64,000 nucleotides of DNA from an uncultured Candidatus Entotheonella sp. (lineage in GTDB: Bacteria; Tectomicrobia; Entotheonellia; Entotheonellales; Entotheonellaceae), in contig OZ244252.1 of assembly GCA_965217185.1 (NCBI GenBank), positions 3,968,001 through 4,032,000 of the forward strand, read 5' to 3'. Shown piece by piece: positions 1 to 9,403 of this stretch. The notes under the pieces were generated by a model. That model ran no database searches. It saw nothing but the letters and a program-made list of their open reading frames with translations, and was not told where the DNA came from. A program made the translations under genes and the position numbers. Within the stretch, counting starts at the first letter, position 1; every line of letters begins with the position of its first letter.

Positions 1-299
1 AAGCATGGATCCATCCGAGGGGTGTTGACGACGTGCCTGCCTGCCAGCCCGGACAGCGCCTGAGATCGAATGACATCTGCCGGTATGGAGGCCACGTTGC
101 CGTGATCGGCCGCCAGGGCAACCGGGTCGACGTGTGGGCAAACGGCAAGGATCAGCCAGAGAGGTGGGTGGTAGACCCGAATGGGTCCTGCTACGTCCTT
201 GCGTCCATGAGCGCTCGTTCCTTTTCGTCGCTCGCGTTCGCGGGTCTCCGCCTGATTTGGGATGGAGCGGAAAATACGTGGACAGTCGTCGCGCCGTGA
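1..299 (+). CDS. 3' end of a hypothetical protein entering from the left edge
   Basis: The frame is open from base 3 to TGA at 297-299 (..VPACQPGQRLRSNDICRY..TWTVVAP). No recognisable family. Confidence 0.35.
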   Translation, partial: AWIHPRGVDDVPACQPGQRLRSNDICRYGGHVAVIGRQGNRVDVWANGKDQPERWVVDPNGSCYVLASMSARSFSSLAFAGLRLIWDGAENTWTVVAP

Positions 300-649
300 T
301 CGACCGGATGGTGACCAGTTCGGTCTGCCGATCCCAGCACCCCGGGGTTGTCGGGAAGCTTTTCCGCGACAAGGTGGGTGTGGAGGCGTATTGCAGCACG
401 TCACGACAAAGAAGTGTTATTCGTGGACGGTTCTAACCACTCAGGTCCGATGCACGGAAGACCGCGGGACTGCGGAAAGAGGACCTCGATCCTCAAAGTG
501 TCGTTCCGCCCTTTTCCGCAACCGACCCCAGAAAGCACGCGGTGGACACCCATAAAATGCGATTGCCATGGCTAGGCTTGTGGAATCCGGAGTATCGCAC
601 GGAAGCAGTCCGAAGAGCGGTGAAACGCAAACCACACCTTGGCACGGCG

Positions 650-1426
650 ATGCGGCGCGGCCTGGCGGCGGCGTTGACCGTAGCCGCGACCCTGATGGGA
701 TGCGAGGCCGTGGGCGCGGGCGATTTGTATCTGCGGGGCGGCCTCGGTCTCGACCGTCCGGCCGAAACCCGGTTCACGGATCGGGACTGTTCGAGCACGT
801 CTCCGGCGGCGCTGTATGGCTGTGGCCGGGACGGCGATGGCGCGCCCTATCGCTCGGTCGGGGATTTCGGGAATGTGCCCGTCCTCGAAATTGGCCTCGG
901 CTACACCGCCGCTCCCGCGCTGCGGCTGGAGGCACTGGCAGAGTACCGCCCACGCCTCGCCTTCGAGGGCCGCGCCAATTTCCTCGAGCCCGAACGCCGG
1001 CAATCGGTTGTCACGGAGCTGTCAACCTTGTCCGGCATGCTGGCGGCCTATGTTGATCTGGCTGCGCTCGGCGTTCCCGAACTGGGCTCCTTCGGGCCGT
1101 TCATCGGAGGCGGCGTGGGCATCGTCCGCACCCGAATCGGCGAAACCCGCATGACCTTTCCAAAGACGACGACAATTGTCCCGGGCGCAAGCCGAACCGA
1201 TGCCGCCTGGATGCTGACGGCGGGGGTCGCGCTGGCGCTGAACGAAAGCCTGACGCTCGATCTCGCCTGGCGGTACACCGACCTCGGCGAGGTCCGCACC
1301 GGCCGGGGCGCAGGACGGGTGGTCTGGCGCGACGGGAGTCGCGAGCCCCTACCGCTCGATCTCGCCGCGACGCGGGCGAGGCTCGGGGGCCACGGGCTGC
1401 GGCTTTCCTTGCGCTATGCCTTCTGA
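650..1426 (+). CDS. Outer-membrane beta-barrel protein (opacity/OmpA-like transmembrane family)
   Basis: Signal peptide MRRGLAAALTVAATL from ATG 650, amphipathic strands (LEIGLGY, GPFIGGGVG, LDLAWRYTDLG) and a C-terminal ..LRYAF BamA-type signal. Confidence 0.8.
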   Translation: MRRGLAAALTVAATLMGCEAVGAGDLYLRGGLGLDRPAETRFTDRDCSSTSPAALYGCGRDGDGAPYRSVGDFGNVPVLEIGLGYTAAPALRLEALAEYRPRLAFEGRANFLEPERRQSVVTELSTLSGMLAAYVDLAALGVPELGSFGPFIGGGVGIVRTRIGETRMTFPKTTTIVPGASRTDAAWMLTAGVALALNESLTLDLAWRYTDLGEVRTGRGAGRVVWRDGSREPLPLDLAATRARLGGHGLRLSLRYAF

Positions 1427-1993
1427 GACGAAGGACGGGACGGATGGAGATCGACCGGACGCTGTTCATGATGGCCTCCGGCCGCGATGTCGACTACCAG
1501 GGGCGTCATCGCAAGATTTGTACCCAGAATTCCCCTTCAGAGGGCAGTACGACGCGACAAGGGGCAAAAACGGCCCCCCTATGGGGAATATCCGCCGACT
1601 TTGGCCCCAGGAATTCGGTCAGGTCTTCGCCTCCAGAGAGGCAACCCCGGCCTTTTGTCCCTGTCGTCCCAAATTGCCCCGCCTCACTCCGCCCGGGCAG
1701 CTTGTGAGGGCCCCCTGAGGGCCTGCAATCCGGACCGCGGCAGCTCCGCTTTCAGCGCTTTTCGCCGATGAATCTCCCACTTACACCCCACCCAGGGCCT
1801 GATAGTCGTCCTTTCATGCCTTTTCCGTCCCACCCTTTTGAGGCAAGGTCTACGTCGTTACTAAGGGTGGAGATTTTGCGGTGGGACGTCAATCGCGACT
1901 GCCGTTTGGTCCAGCAACGGCGCGGATCTAAAGTTAACAGAATGAAGGCCTATGCGAAGTTGTTTGCACCAACTTGGACGGCACCTTCAGAGG

Positions 1994-2617
1994 CTACCAA
2001 CGCCCAGGCTTCCTGATATTGGTGCCGGGAATCGGGCTTGGCAGTTGCGAGTTCTGCAAGGCAGTCGGCCTGGTGTGTCTTGAGAAATCCGCATGTGTCA
2101 TGAGCTGGCGAGACGGCCTCCCAGTCCCCGGCGTTATCAGCCCGACCAGCTTGCCATGGCGGTGCCTGACGAGTCGCATTGCTTCGGCAATATCGCTGTC
2201 GTTGCTGACTACTACCGCGCAATCGTAGGCGTCCAGCCAGTTGTCGTTCAGGAGATGCACGGCGAGATTGACGTCCGAGCCTTTTTCCTCGGTCCTGATC
2301 ACCTGTTCCGTACGCCGGTTCCCGACCGGCCGCACGAGCGGCACTCGGACCGAATGGCTCAGAAAATGCCCAAAATACACCTCGACCTCGGGTCGGTAGT
2401 GGCGAAGGGCGCGGAGATACACATCTTGCCGTTGAGGCTTCGATTGGTCGGCGGGTGTGCCTGACACTCTCACCGTGAAGTACTTGACGGTCAGGATATC
2501 GTGGTGGGGTTGCAGGACTTTCGCGAACAGGGCGGGCAGGTCCAGCCATTTCCAGGCGGTTCCCTTGAGCGCTCCGTAGTAGAGATTGAACCCGTCTACG
2601 TAGATGAAGGTACGCAT
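1994..2617 (-). CDS. NYN-domain (LabA/DUF88, PIN-like) ribonuclease
   Basis: Motifs IYVDGFNLYY, EEKGSDVNLAVHLL and VVVSNDSD carry the acidic PIN-fold residues. ATG at 2617. Confidence 0.88.
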   Translation of the reverse strand: MRTFIYVDGFNLYYGALKGTAWKWLDLPALFAKVLQPHHDILTVKYFTVRVSGTPADQSKPQRQDVYLRALRHYRPEVEVYFGHFLSHSVRVPLVRPVGNRRTEQVIRTEEKGSDVNLAVHLLNDNWLDAYDCAVVVSNDSDIAEAMRLVRHRHGKLVGLITPGTGRPSRQLMTHADFSRHTRPTALQNSQLPSPIPGTNIRKPGRW

Positions 2618-2628
2618 CAATTCCCGCC

Positions 2629-2660
2629 AAAAAAAGCAGGGGCCTCCGAAGAGGCCCCGC
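2629..2660 (-). terminator. Rho-independent terminator immediately upstream of the NYN start codon
   Basis: Minus strand GGGGCCTC-TTCG-GAGGCCCC-TGC-TTTTTTT, ending 11 nt before the ATG. Confidence 0.75.
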
Positions 2661-2690
2661 GCCCTGCGGTCGAAACCACAAGGGGTGTTG
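2629..2690 (-). ncRNA. Candidate ~60-nt structured RNA / leader with two UUCG hairpins
   Basis: Hairpin CCCTTGTGGT-TTCG-ACCGCAGGG (2684-2662) followed by the terminator hairpin. Lies between a sigma70 promoter and the NYN gene. Confidence 0.55.
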
Positions 2691-2695
2691 CCGGT

Positions 2696-2724
2696 AATCT
2701 AGGTGATATGGCAATCAAGGTCAA
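2696..2724 (-). promoter_or_regulatory. sigma70-type promoter for the sRNA-NYN unit
   Basis: TTGACC (2724-2719), 17-nt spacer, TAGATT (2701-2696). Confidence 0.65.
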
Positions 2725-2799
2725 GTACGCTTGCCGCACGTTGAATGGCATTGCACATGCTCATCTCGCGTTTATTCTTCAGCCGCCAGTGATCCGCGG

Positions 2800-2910
2800 T
2801 CGATTCTGGCGGCACCAAGTAGCGGCAGAAAGTCGGCCTGGAAATCCCCCAACGTCGTGCAACTCTGGTGGATGCTCAGGCCGCTGTCTTGGTGCAGACG
2901 TTTGGCGATT
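2800..2910 (-). pseudogene. C-terminal HTH remnant of a serine resolvase/invertase
   Basis: AKRLHQDSGLSIHQSCTTLG plus frameshifted GISRPTFCRYL resembles a Hin/resolvase HTH. Cut off at the inverted-repeat element. Confidence 0.45.
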
Positions 2911-3082
2911 AGAGAAGCACCAAAAAGTGTGAGGCAATCAGGCAGCGCACGGTTCAGCTTCAACCGATCTGGCCCCGGCCTTCAGCCGGATACCACTGCT
3001 CGAACTTCCCCGCAGCGTACCGTCAAGGGTTCGCGTCCGGACTTGCAGCATGAGATACGCCCCACAGTTTTTGGTGCTCTCT
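2911..3082. mobile_element. MITE-like / internally deleted IS (~170 bp)
   Basis: Imperfect terminal inverted repeats AGAGAAGCACCAAAAAGTGTG (2911-2931) and CACAGTTTTTGGTGCTCTCT (3063-3082). Truncated genes on both sides. Confidence 0.55.
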
Positions 3083-3201
3083 TGGGGACGAAGTAGGCCC
3101 CGGTGCCGATGACCAGCAAGCGCGACCGCCTGATACAGCGCCAGGCGGAAGCGCTGGTTGCGCCAGAAAGCGACGGGAGCGGGTGTCGTCGGGGATACCA
3201 T
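3083..3201 (-). pseudogene. 5' stub of the amino-acid ABC permease (AapQ-like)
   Basis: MVSPTTPAPVAFWRNQRFRLALYQAVAL.. directly follows the AapJ-like gene and ends at the MITE. Confidence 0.6.
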
Positions 3202-3236
3202 TGGGATGTGATTCCCGGGGCGAAAGCGAGCCGGTT

Positions 3237-4259
3237 TCAGCGCAGCGGCATCGCGTACATCAGGCCGCCGTTCGTCCACAGGCGGTTGGAACCCACGCGC
3301 GGCAAGCCGATGGGGACCACGTTGCGGTCGTAAATCTCGCCGTAGTTGCCAACGGCCTGGATCGCCTGAACCGCCCAGGCGTTGTTCAAGCCCAGCTTCT
3401 GGCCCATGTCGCCCGAGGTGCCGAGCAGGCGCTGAATCACCGGGTCCTGGCTGTCCATCATGGCCGCCACGTTGGCCTGCGTAACGCCCTTTTCTTCCGC
3501 CTCGATGAGCGCGTAAACCATCCACTTGACGATGGTGAACCAAGCATCGTCACCGCGCCGCACCACGGGTCCCAGCGGTTCTTTGGAGATGATCTCGGGC
3601 AGGATGACGTAATCGTCGGGGTTCGGCGCATCGGATGCCAGTATGGCGGCGAGGCCCGAGCGGTCGGTGGTGTAGACCTGGCAGCGGCCATTTAAGAAGG
3701 CGTTAACGGATTCTTCCAGGCTTTCGAAGACGACCGGCTTGAAGTTCATGCCGTTGGCGCGGAAGTAATCGGCCAGATTCAGTTCCGTTGTCGTACCGGT
3801 CAGCACGCACACCTCGGCGCCGTCGAGCTCCGTGGCACTCTGCACACCGAGGTCGGCGGGTACCATGAAGCCCTGGCCGTCGTAAAACGTCACGCCGGCG
3901 AACACCAAGCCGAGGGAGGCGTCGCGGGTCAGCGTCCAGGTGGTATTGCGGCTGAGCAGGTCGACCTCGCCCGATTGCAGGGCAGTGAAGCGCTGCTGGG
4001 GAGAGAGGGGCACGTAGGTGACCTTGGCGCCGTCACCGAGCACGGCGGCGGCCAGCCCGCGGCAGAAATCGGCGTCGAGGCCGGTCCAGTGACCGGTGGT
4101 GTCGGCGATGGCAAAGCCGGCCACGCCGGTGCTGACGCCGCACCGCACGCTGTCGCGCGCCCGGACGGCATCGAGGACATCGCCGGCGTGTGCCGTGCCG
4201 GCCAGCACGGCCACCGTGAACGCGATGGACAGACAGATATAGCGGGTCATGTTGCGCAT
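3237..4259 (-). CDS. aapJ: General L-amino-acid ABC transporter substrate-binding protein (AapJ/BztA/YhdW family)
   Basis: Signal peptide plus RFTALQSGEVDLLSRNTTWT, ISKEPLGPVVR, VGNYGEIYDRN and LWTNGGLMYAMPLR. Confidence 0.92.
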   Translation of the reverse strand: MRNMTRYICLSIAFTVAVLAGTAHAGDVLDAVRARDSVRCGVSTGVAGFAIADTTGHWTGLDADFCRGLAAAVLGDGAKVTYVPLSPQQRFTALQSGEVDLLSRNTTWTLTRDASLGLVFAGVTFYDGQGFMVPADLGVQSATELDGAEVCVLTGTTTELNLADYFRANGMNFKPVVFESLEESVNAFLNGRCQVYTTDRSGLAAILASDAPNPDDYVILPEIISKEPLGPVVRRGDDAWFTIVKWMVYALIEAEEKGVTQANVAAMMDSQDPVIQRLLGTSGDMGQKLGLNNAWAVQAIQAVGNYGEIYDRNVVPIGLPRVGSNRLWTNGGLMYAMPLR

Positions 4260-4330
4260 TGCAGTTCCTCTTTGAGTGTCGGTTCGGGTTGTGGAGTTCA
4301 TACAACCGGACTCCGTAGAACTTATCCAGA

Positions 4331-4735
4331 CTAAAGGAAGGTGGGGGGGAAATAAATTGCTAAGAGTCCGTCCCGGAAGTCGAGAATGTGCTCCGCCGTC
4401 ACCTGCCTGTTCGTCACGTCGAGGACGCGTTCGCAGAGCGTTGCCTTGTCGACAACGCCCGGCTCGCTAAACCGAAACGTCAGGTAGAACGGCGCGCCGT
4501 CGTGCGGCGCCGCGCGAACGAAACGCCCGTGCGCGGGGTGCTTTGGAAGGGTCACCTCCAAGCGGCCCGTCTCGCCGCCGGAAACAGCTACCCCCCATCC
4601 GCAATCGACCCCGTGCTGGTCTGCGCCACGCACTTTCCGGAGCCGTCGTTCGGTCGTATCGTGCGGCGCGACAACGCCTTTTGGTTCGAGTACGAGGAGA
4701 GGAATAGCGGACGAGACAGATATTCCCCTTTCCAA
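4331..4735 (-). pseudogene. Degraded remnant of a surface-protein Ig-like domain
   Basis: WGVAVSGGETGRLEVTLP..PHDGAPFYLTFRFSEP..VLDVTNRQVT matches the HDG-F-FSE domain seen in 35657-37210 and near 44930-45240. Confidence 0.4.
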
Positions 4736-4836
4736 CTGTGTTCCGGATGCGACCTCCCAGCAGGAATTTCAGGCACCACCGCAAGGTACTGCTGAGCGGC
4801 TTTGGAGCCTGCTGCGTGAGCCTGCTGAAGGTCGTC

Positions 4837-6273
4837 TCACGGGGTAAGCGTCCGGGCAATACGGAAACCGATCTTGAGGTCGCGGATACTGGAGTCGTTC
4901 TTGCCGCGGTCTGCGGAGCGCAGGAGCCACGGCACGTCACCCCAGGAGCCGCCACGCAACACGCGCCGCTCACATTCTCCAGTCTCCCAAGCTCGGCTAT
5001 CCGTTGGGGCACCCGTATAACTGTCATTCCAGCAGTCCTGCGTCCACTCCCATACGTTGCCATGAACTTCATGGAGGCCAAAGGCATTCGGCGCAAGCGT
5101 ACCCACTTGTACCGTTTGTCCCCGATACCGGCCCTTCTGCCCGGAACCATAGGTGTAGCTGCTATCATAGTTCGCCTGGTCGGAGGAAATCGTCGAGCCC
5201 GTGTGAAATGGACCCGTCGTTCCTGCTCGCGCCACATACTCCCACTCTGATTCGCTCAACAACCGATAGTGCTTTCCTGTCCGCTGTGACAGCCACTTCA
5301 CGTACGCTCGAGCGTCACCCCAACTGACGTTGATCACGGGACGACCGCCGCGCCCCCAGCCCCAGCCATCCGGACGATAACCATTGCAACCTCCTTCGCT
5401 TACGCAGGCGTCCCACTCCCGAAAGGTCACCTCGTACACGCCAACCGCAACCGGTTCAGCGATCGTCACCCGACGCTGCGGACCTTCATTATTGAAGCGG
5501 CCCCACTCGGAAGCTGGCGAACCCATCATGAACGACCCCGCCGGCACTACCACCAGATCCGGACACGCCTCACAGTCGCGTATGCGAGTCCCAGGCTGTC
5601 CTTCACGTCTCTGACGGTCGGCCTCCGCTCGGGCGCGCGCTTCCGCTTCACGCTGTTGTCTCTGTCTCTCACGATCCGATTCTGCCTCGGTTTGACGGTC
5701 TGGGTCCTGAGCCTCAAGCTCACCCCTCGCCGCCGCCTCACGCTCGGGTTTCGTGCCAAGCGCAAGCAGCGACTTGGCAGCTTCAGCGTCCAAGTAGCCC
5801 GTTGGCTCTTCACCACGTGCGGCTTGCCACTGGCCAATCGCCGCCCGCGTCCGTCGGCCAAACACGCCATCTGCCGGGCCAGGAGCAAATCCTTCCGCGG
5901 TAAGAGCTGACTGAATCAGACGACGATCTGCACGGGTCAAAGCCAGCGCGGCCTCTACCGCCTCCGGCATCACTGTTACTTCCGGTATCTGTGGCGGTCG
6001 CGCAAGCAGCAACCTGGCGGCCTCAGCGTCCAGATAGCCCGTTGGCTCCTCACCACGTGCGGCTTGCCACTGGCCAATCGCCGCCCGCGTCCGTCGGCCA
6101 AACACGCCGTCTACCGGGCCAGGGTCAAATCCTTCCGCTGCAAGACTTGACTGAATCAGACGCCGGTCGGCGCGGGTCAAACCCAGCGCGGCCTCTAGAA
6201 CAGCGTGATCTTCGGCCCATGCACCGCTCACAAACAACACCAACAACAGAACGAGAGAGACGCCTATACGCAT
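4837..6273 (-). CDS. Secreted protein with 2 peptidoglycan-binding domains and a C-terminal FGE-sulfatase (SUMF1/C-type lectin fold) domain
   Basis: Signal peptide MRIGVSLVLLL, two repeats IQS.L.AEGF.PGP.DGVFGRRTRAAIGQWQ, and RLLSESEWEYVARAG, HGNVWEWTQD, RVLRGGSW, IGFRIAR. Confidence 0.9.
   Translation of the reverse strand: MRIGVSLVLLLVLFVSGAWAEDHAVLEAALGLTRADRRLIQSSLAAEGFDPGPVDGVFGRRTRAAIGQWQAARGEEPTGYLDAEAARLLLARPPQIPEVTVMPEAVEAALALTRADRRLIQSALTAEGFAPGPADGVFGRRTRAAIGQWQAARGEEPTGYLDAEAAKSLLALGTKPEREAAARGELEAQDPDRQTEAESDRERQRQQREAEARARAEADRQRREGQPGTRIRDCEACPDLVVVPAGSFMMGSPASEWGRFNNEGPQRRVTIAEPVAVGVYEVTFREWDACVSEGGCNGYRPDGWGWGRGGRPVINVSWGDARAYVKWLSQRTGKHYRLLSESEWEYVARAGTTGPFHTGSTISSDQANYDSSYTYGSGQKGRYRGQTVQVGTLAPNAFGLHEVHGNVWEWTQDCWNDSYTGAPTDSRAWETGECERRVLRGGSWGDVPWLLRSADRGKNDSSIRDLKIGFRIARTLTP
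5775..6200. repeat. Intragenic near-identical direct repeat (~180 bp, 240-bp period) encoding the PG-binding domains
   Basis: CCACGTGCGGCTTGCCACTGGCCAATCGCCGCCCGCGTCCGTCGGCCAAACACGCC occurs at ~5813 and ~6053. Confidence 0.9.
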
Positions 6274-6396
6274 GACGCTTGCTTCCTCCAGGTTTGGGTT
6301 TGATCTCGAAGCCCATCGCAAACAGCAAAAATGCCACGCCTAAGTCTGAAGGTAACCCCAGTCCGCGAGTCGCGATAATGTTGCGCAGAATAGGTG

Positions 6397-6471
6397 GTCG
6401 GGTAAGGAGATGCCATTGCTGCCACCCCCTCCCCTAAGAACCGTGCTCGCGACTTTTACCGCACACGGCTC
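6397..6471 (-). mobile_element. Group II intron 3' remnant (domains V and VI), no RT ORF
   Basis: Minus strand GAGCCGTGTGCGGTAAAAGTCGCGAGCACGGTTC-TTAGGGGAGGGGGTGGCAGCAATGGCATCTCCTTACCCGAC has the canonical DV (AGC triad) and a DVI ending in AC. Confidence 0.85.
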
Positions 6472-6812
6472 AAGCAAGCCAATTAGGCCCAGTAACAACA
6501 TAGCTGTCATGGAGTGCCAAATTGACGGCGCTCGCTCAGAGCACCTGACTCACGTCTCCCACAGCCCCTCGAATCGAACGCCAGCGACCCGCGTATAGTG
6601 AACGTGTGTTTGGGGTCGCGGTGTCCGAGATAGTCCCTGAATCAAGTTCAGGGCAAGCTCTGAATCAGCTGGGGATGAAGCGCACCGAGTCCGGCACGCC
6701 GGGCAGCGGCGCCGATGAGGTAGTTGATCGACTGCCGGGTCATCGGTTGCCCAACGGCCCTACCCTGGTAAAATACCCTCATCTACACCATCAATCAAAA
6801 GGAGCCCAAACC

Positions 6813-8076
6813 ATGCAAACCTTCACGATCCGAGCCTTCGCTGCCTTATTCGTATGCACCCTTGCCCTACTCGTCGCTGCCTGCGGAAGCGACGACGATT
6901 CCTCAAGACTTCGACGCCGGCATCCTTGGCGCCGTTGAGATCAGTGCCGGGGAAGCCATCCAGATTCGTTCGATGCTGTCGCACACCGGCGCACCGGTGT
7001 GGGCTACTACCCCACGGAACGCCATCGAGCTGGCGGTACGCGACACAGGCGATGTCCTCGGCCGCAAGGTCGAACTTGGAGAGCCCATCGACAGCATGTG
7101 TTCAGGTGCAGGCGGCAAGGCGGGAGCCCTGCAAATCACCGCCGACCCGCGGCAAATCGTCGGTGTTCTCGGCACGTCCTGCTCAGGCGCGGCCGTGACA
7201 GCGTCGCCGCTGCTCAGCGGCGCAGGGCTGGTGATGATCTCGCCGCTCACCGAGTCACCCGGCCTGACGTCGGACCTCGTAGGCAACGCCGGTTCTGACT
7301 TCTACCCCGGTTATTTCCGCACCTCCAACAACAGCCTCTACTCGGCGCACATCGTTGCCGAATTCGCCTACCGTGAACTCAGACTGCGGCGCATGGTGAC
7401 CGTTGACGACGGCGACGCGTACACGATGGGCCTCACGGTCGCGTTTGACGATGCGTTTCGCGCTCTTGGCGGCGAGGTGGTTGCCGCCCACCGCACTGAG
7501 AAGCTCCAAACGGACATGACGGACGTCCTGGCGGGATCCGCGGCAGCCGAGCCGGATGGCATTTACTTCCCGCTCTTCGAGGAAGAAGGCACTCCTTTCG
7601 TCGAGCAGGCAAAGGCCTTTCCGGGCCTGGAAGACGTGACGCTCATTTCGGATTCAGCTCTCTTGACTGCCAAATTCCTGTCTACGCCGCAGTCCTTGGG
7701 TATCTACTACGCAGCGCCGGCACCGATAGACGACACGAACGTCAATGAGGTCACCGGCAAGAGTAGAGGCGAGGTGTTGGCCGCGTACCGGGCCATGTAC
7801 GAGGAGCCTGAAGTGACGTATTGGCCGCATGCCTACGACGCTGCCACGCTGCTGCTCAGCGCCATCGAGTCCGTTGGAGAAAAGAGAGGGGACAGGTTGT
7901 ACGTGGACCGCGTTGCGCTGCGCGATGCGATTACGGAGACGCAGGGCTTTCAGGGTCTACTCGGCACACTCTCCTGCGACGAGTTCGGAGACTGTGGTAC
8001 CGGAGGGGTGAGCATCTATCACAAAACGGACCCGAGCATCACGGACCCCGCCGACCTCGAGCCGGTCTATCCCTAA
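6813..8076 (+). pseudogene. Branched-chain amino-acid-type ABC substrate-binding lipoprotein (LivJ/LivK-like), frameshifted near 6900
   Basis: RBS AAGGAG plus MQTFTIRAFAALFVCTLALLVAAC lipobox in one frame. The binding-protein body (GVLGTSCSGAA, YFRTSNN, HAYDAATLLLSAI) is in the +1 frame. Confidence 0.78.
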
Positions 8077-8274
8077 ACCCATCACCCGGGGGGCCGCGCC
8101 CCAACACCCCGCGGCCCCCGGACTCCAGTCCAATCAACCCGGACGAGCGTCACCAACATGGCTCAAGCACTTTCGGAACAGATTGGCTTGCATCCGAAAC
8201 CACGAAATCGCTGTGCTTTGCGAGTTGGTCCCTCGATAATTCCATTAGAGCATTTTCCGTTCAGTTTAACCCCT

Positions 8275-9403
8275 GGGCGCCTCGAAAAATGACTCACTGG
8301 CGGGCAAAACTGGCGTGAGTGGTCCTATCGCGTGATGTCGGGGTGGCGACGCATGTTGTAGGCAAGGTTCTTGAGACCTATCCGCGCGCTCGCCCGTACA
8401 AGACCGATGCTGCGAACCAACGTCCCGCCCACGTCGTTTTGCTGCGCCCCGAAGACATGCTCTACCCGTGCTCGAAACCGTGAACGACTCTGGTTGCCCG
8501 CCTTCTCCCAATCACACAGCGGACGGTTGCGATAGCCCTTGCGATGAATCCGACTCGTCAAGCCCCCTTTCCTTGACCTTCTCCGCGATCGCTTTGGACC
8601 GGTAGGCGCTGTCCGCCCAGACGCCGCTTGCCGTGTTGTCCGACGTAAGCAGTTCATCAACCACTTGGCTGTCGTGCACCGCCGCGTCCGTCACCCGGTA
8701 ACGCCGGATCGGTTTGTGCCGACGGTCGATGCTGACGTGATTCTTGTAGCCATAGTGGCTCTTGCCGTGCTTCTTCGTCCAGCGCGCATCCGTATCCTTT
8801 TGCCGACGCTTGGCCGCCTTGTCGGCCCAGGCCGCGGGCATCTCACCGCGCTTGATCTGCTCATTGTCGTCACGACGATTGCGTTGAATGGGAACCGCGA
8901 CAATCGAGGCATCGATGATCTGGCCGCCCATGGCCCGGTAGCCCTGGCTTTTCAGATAGCCGTCGAAATCCTCAAACAAGGCCTCCATGAGGCCGGCCTG
9001 TGACAACTGTTCGCGGTAGAGCCACACCGTCTTGGCATCGGGCACCTTGTCTTCGAGTGTCAAGCCCAAGAAGCGCACAAAGGACAGGCGGTCGCGCATC
9101 TGATACTCGACCTGGTCATCCGACAGATTGTAGAGGGCGCACAAAATGATCGCTTTGAACATGACGATGGCGTCCCACGGCTTGCACCCCGCATTGGACT
9201 TACGCTTGTCGGGCGGCTTGCGCCAGACGTTTTCCAGGCGGCTGCGGAAGGCTTCCCAGGGAACGACGGCATTGATCTTCACCAGGGGGTCATGCTTGGC
9301 GTCCAGAGCGGCGTAGCGATTCTCGACATCGAAAAAGCCCATCTGAGCCATGTTCAACTTCTCCGGCCTGTTGGTTAACGTGTCTCTGTAATTCTAAACC
9401 ATG
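8275..9403 (-). mobile_element. IS5-family element, copy 1 (frameshifted transposase 9351..8325, 5' end lost)
   Basis: DRLSFVRFLGL, VPDAKTVWLYRE, DARWTKK..GYKNH, RARVEHVFG. Frameshift in a C run near 8563. End GGGCGCCTCGAAAAAT. Confidence 0.9.

Noticed and set aside
1430..1990. Short ORFs / possible IS end (ATGGGGAATATCCG at ~1581)
   Set aside because: No convincing protein motif or paired terminal repeat could be established.
4837..6471. Diversity-generating retroelement targeting the FGE-sulfatase domain
   Set aside because: The fold is a typical DGR target, but I see no reverse transcriptase and no adenine-variant template repeat of the 3' end in the window. The nearby retro-element trace is a group II intron DV/DVI.
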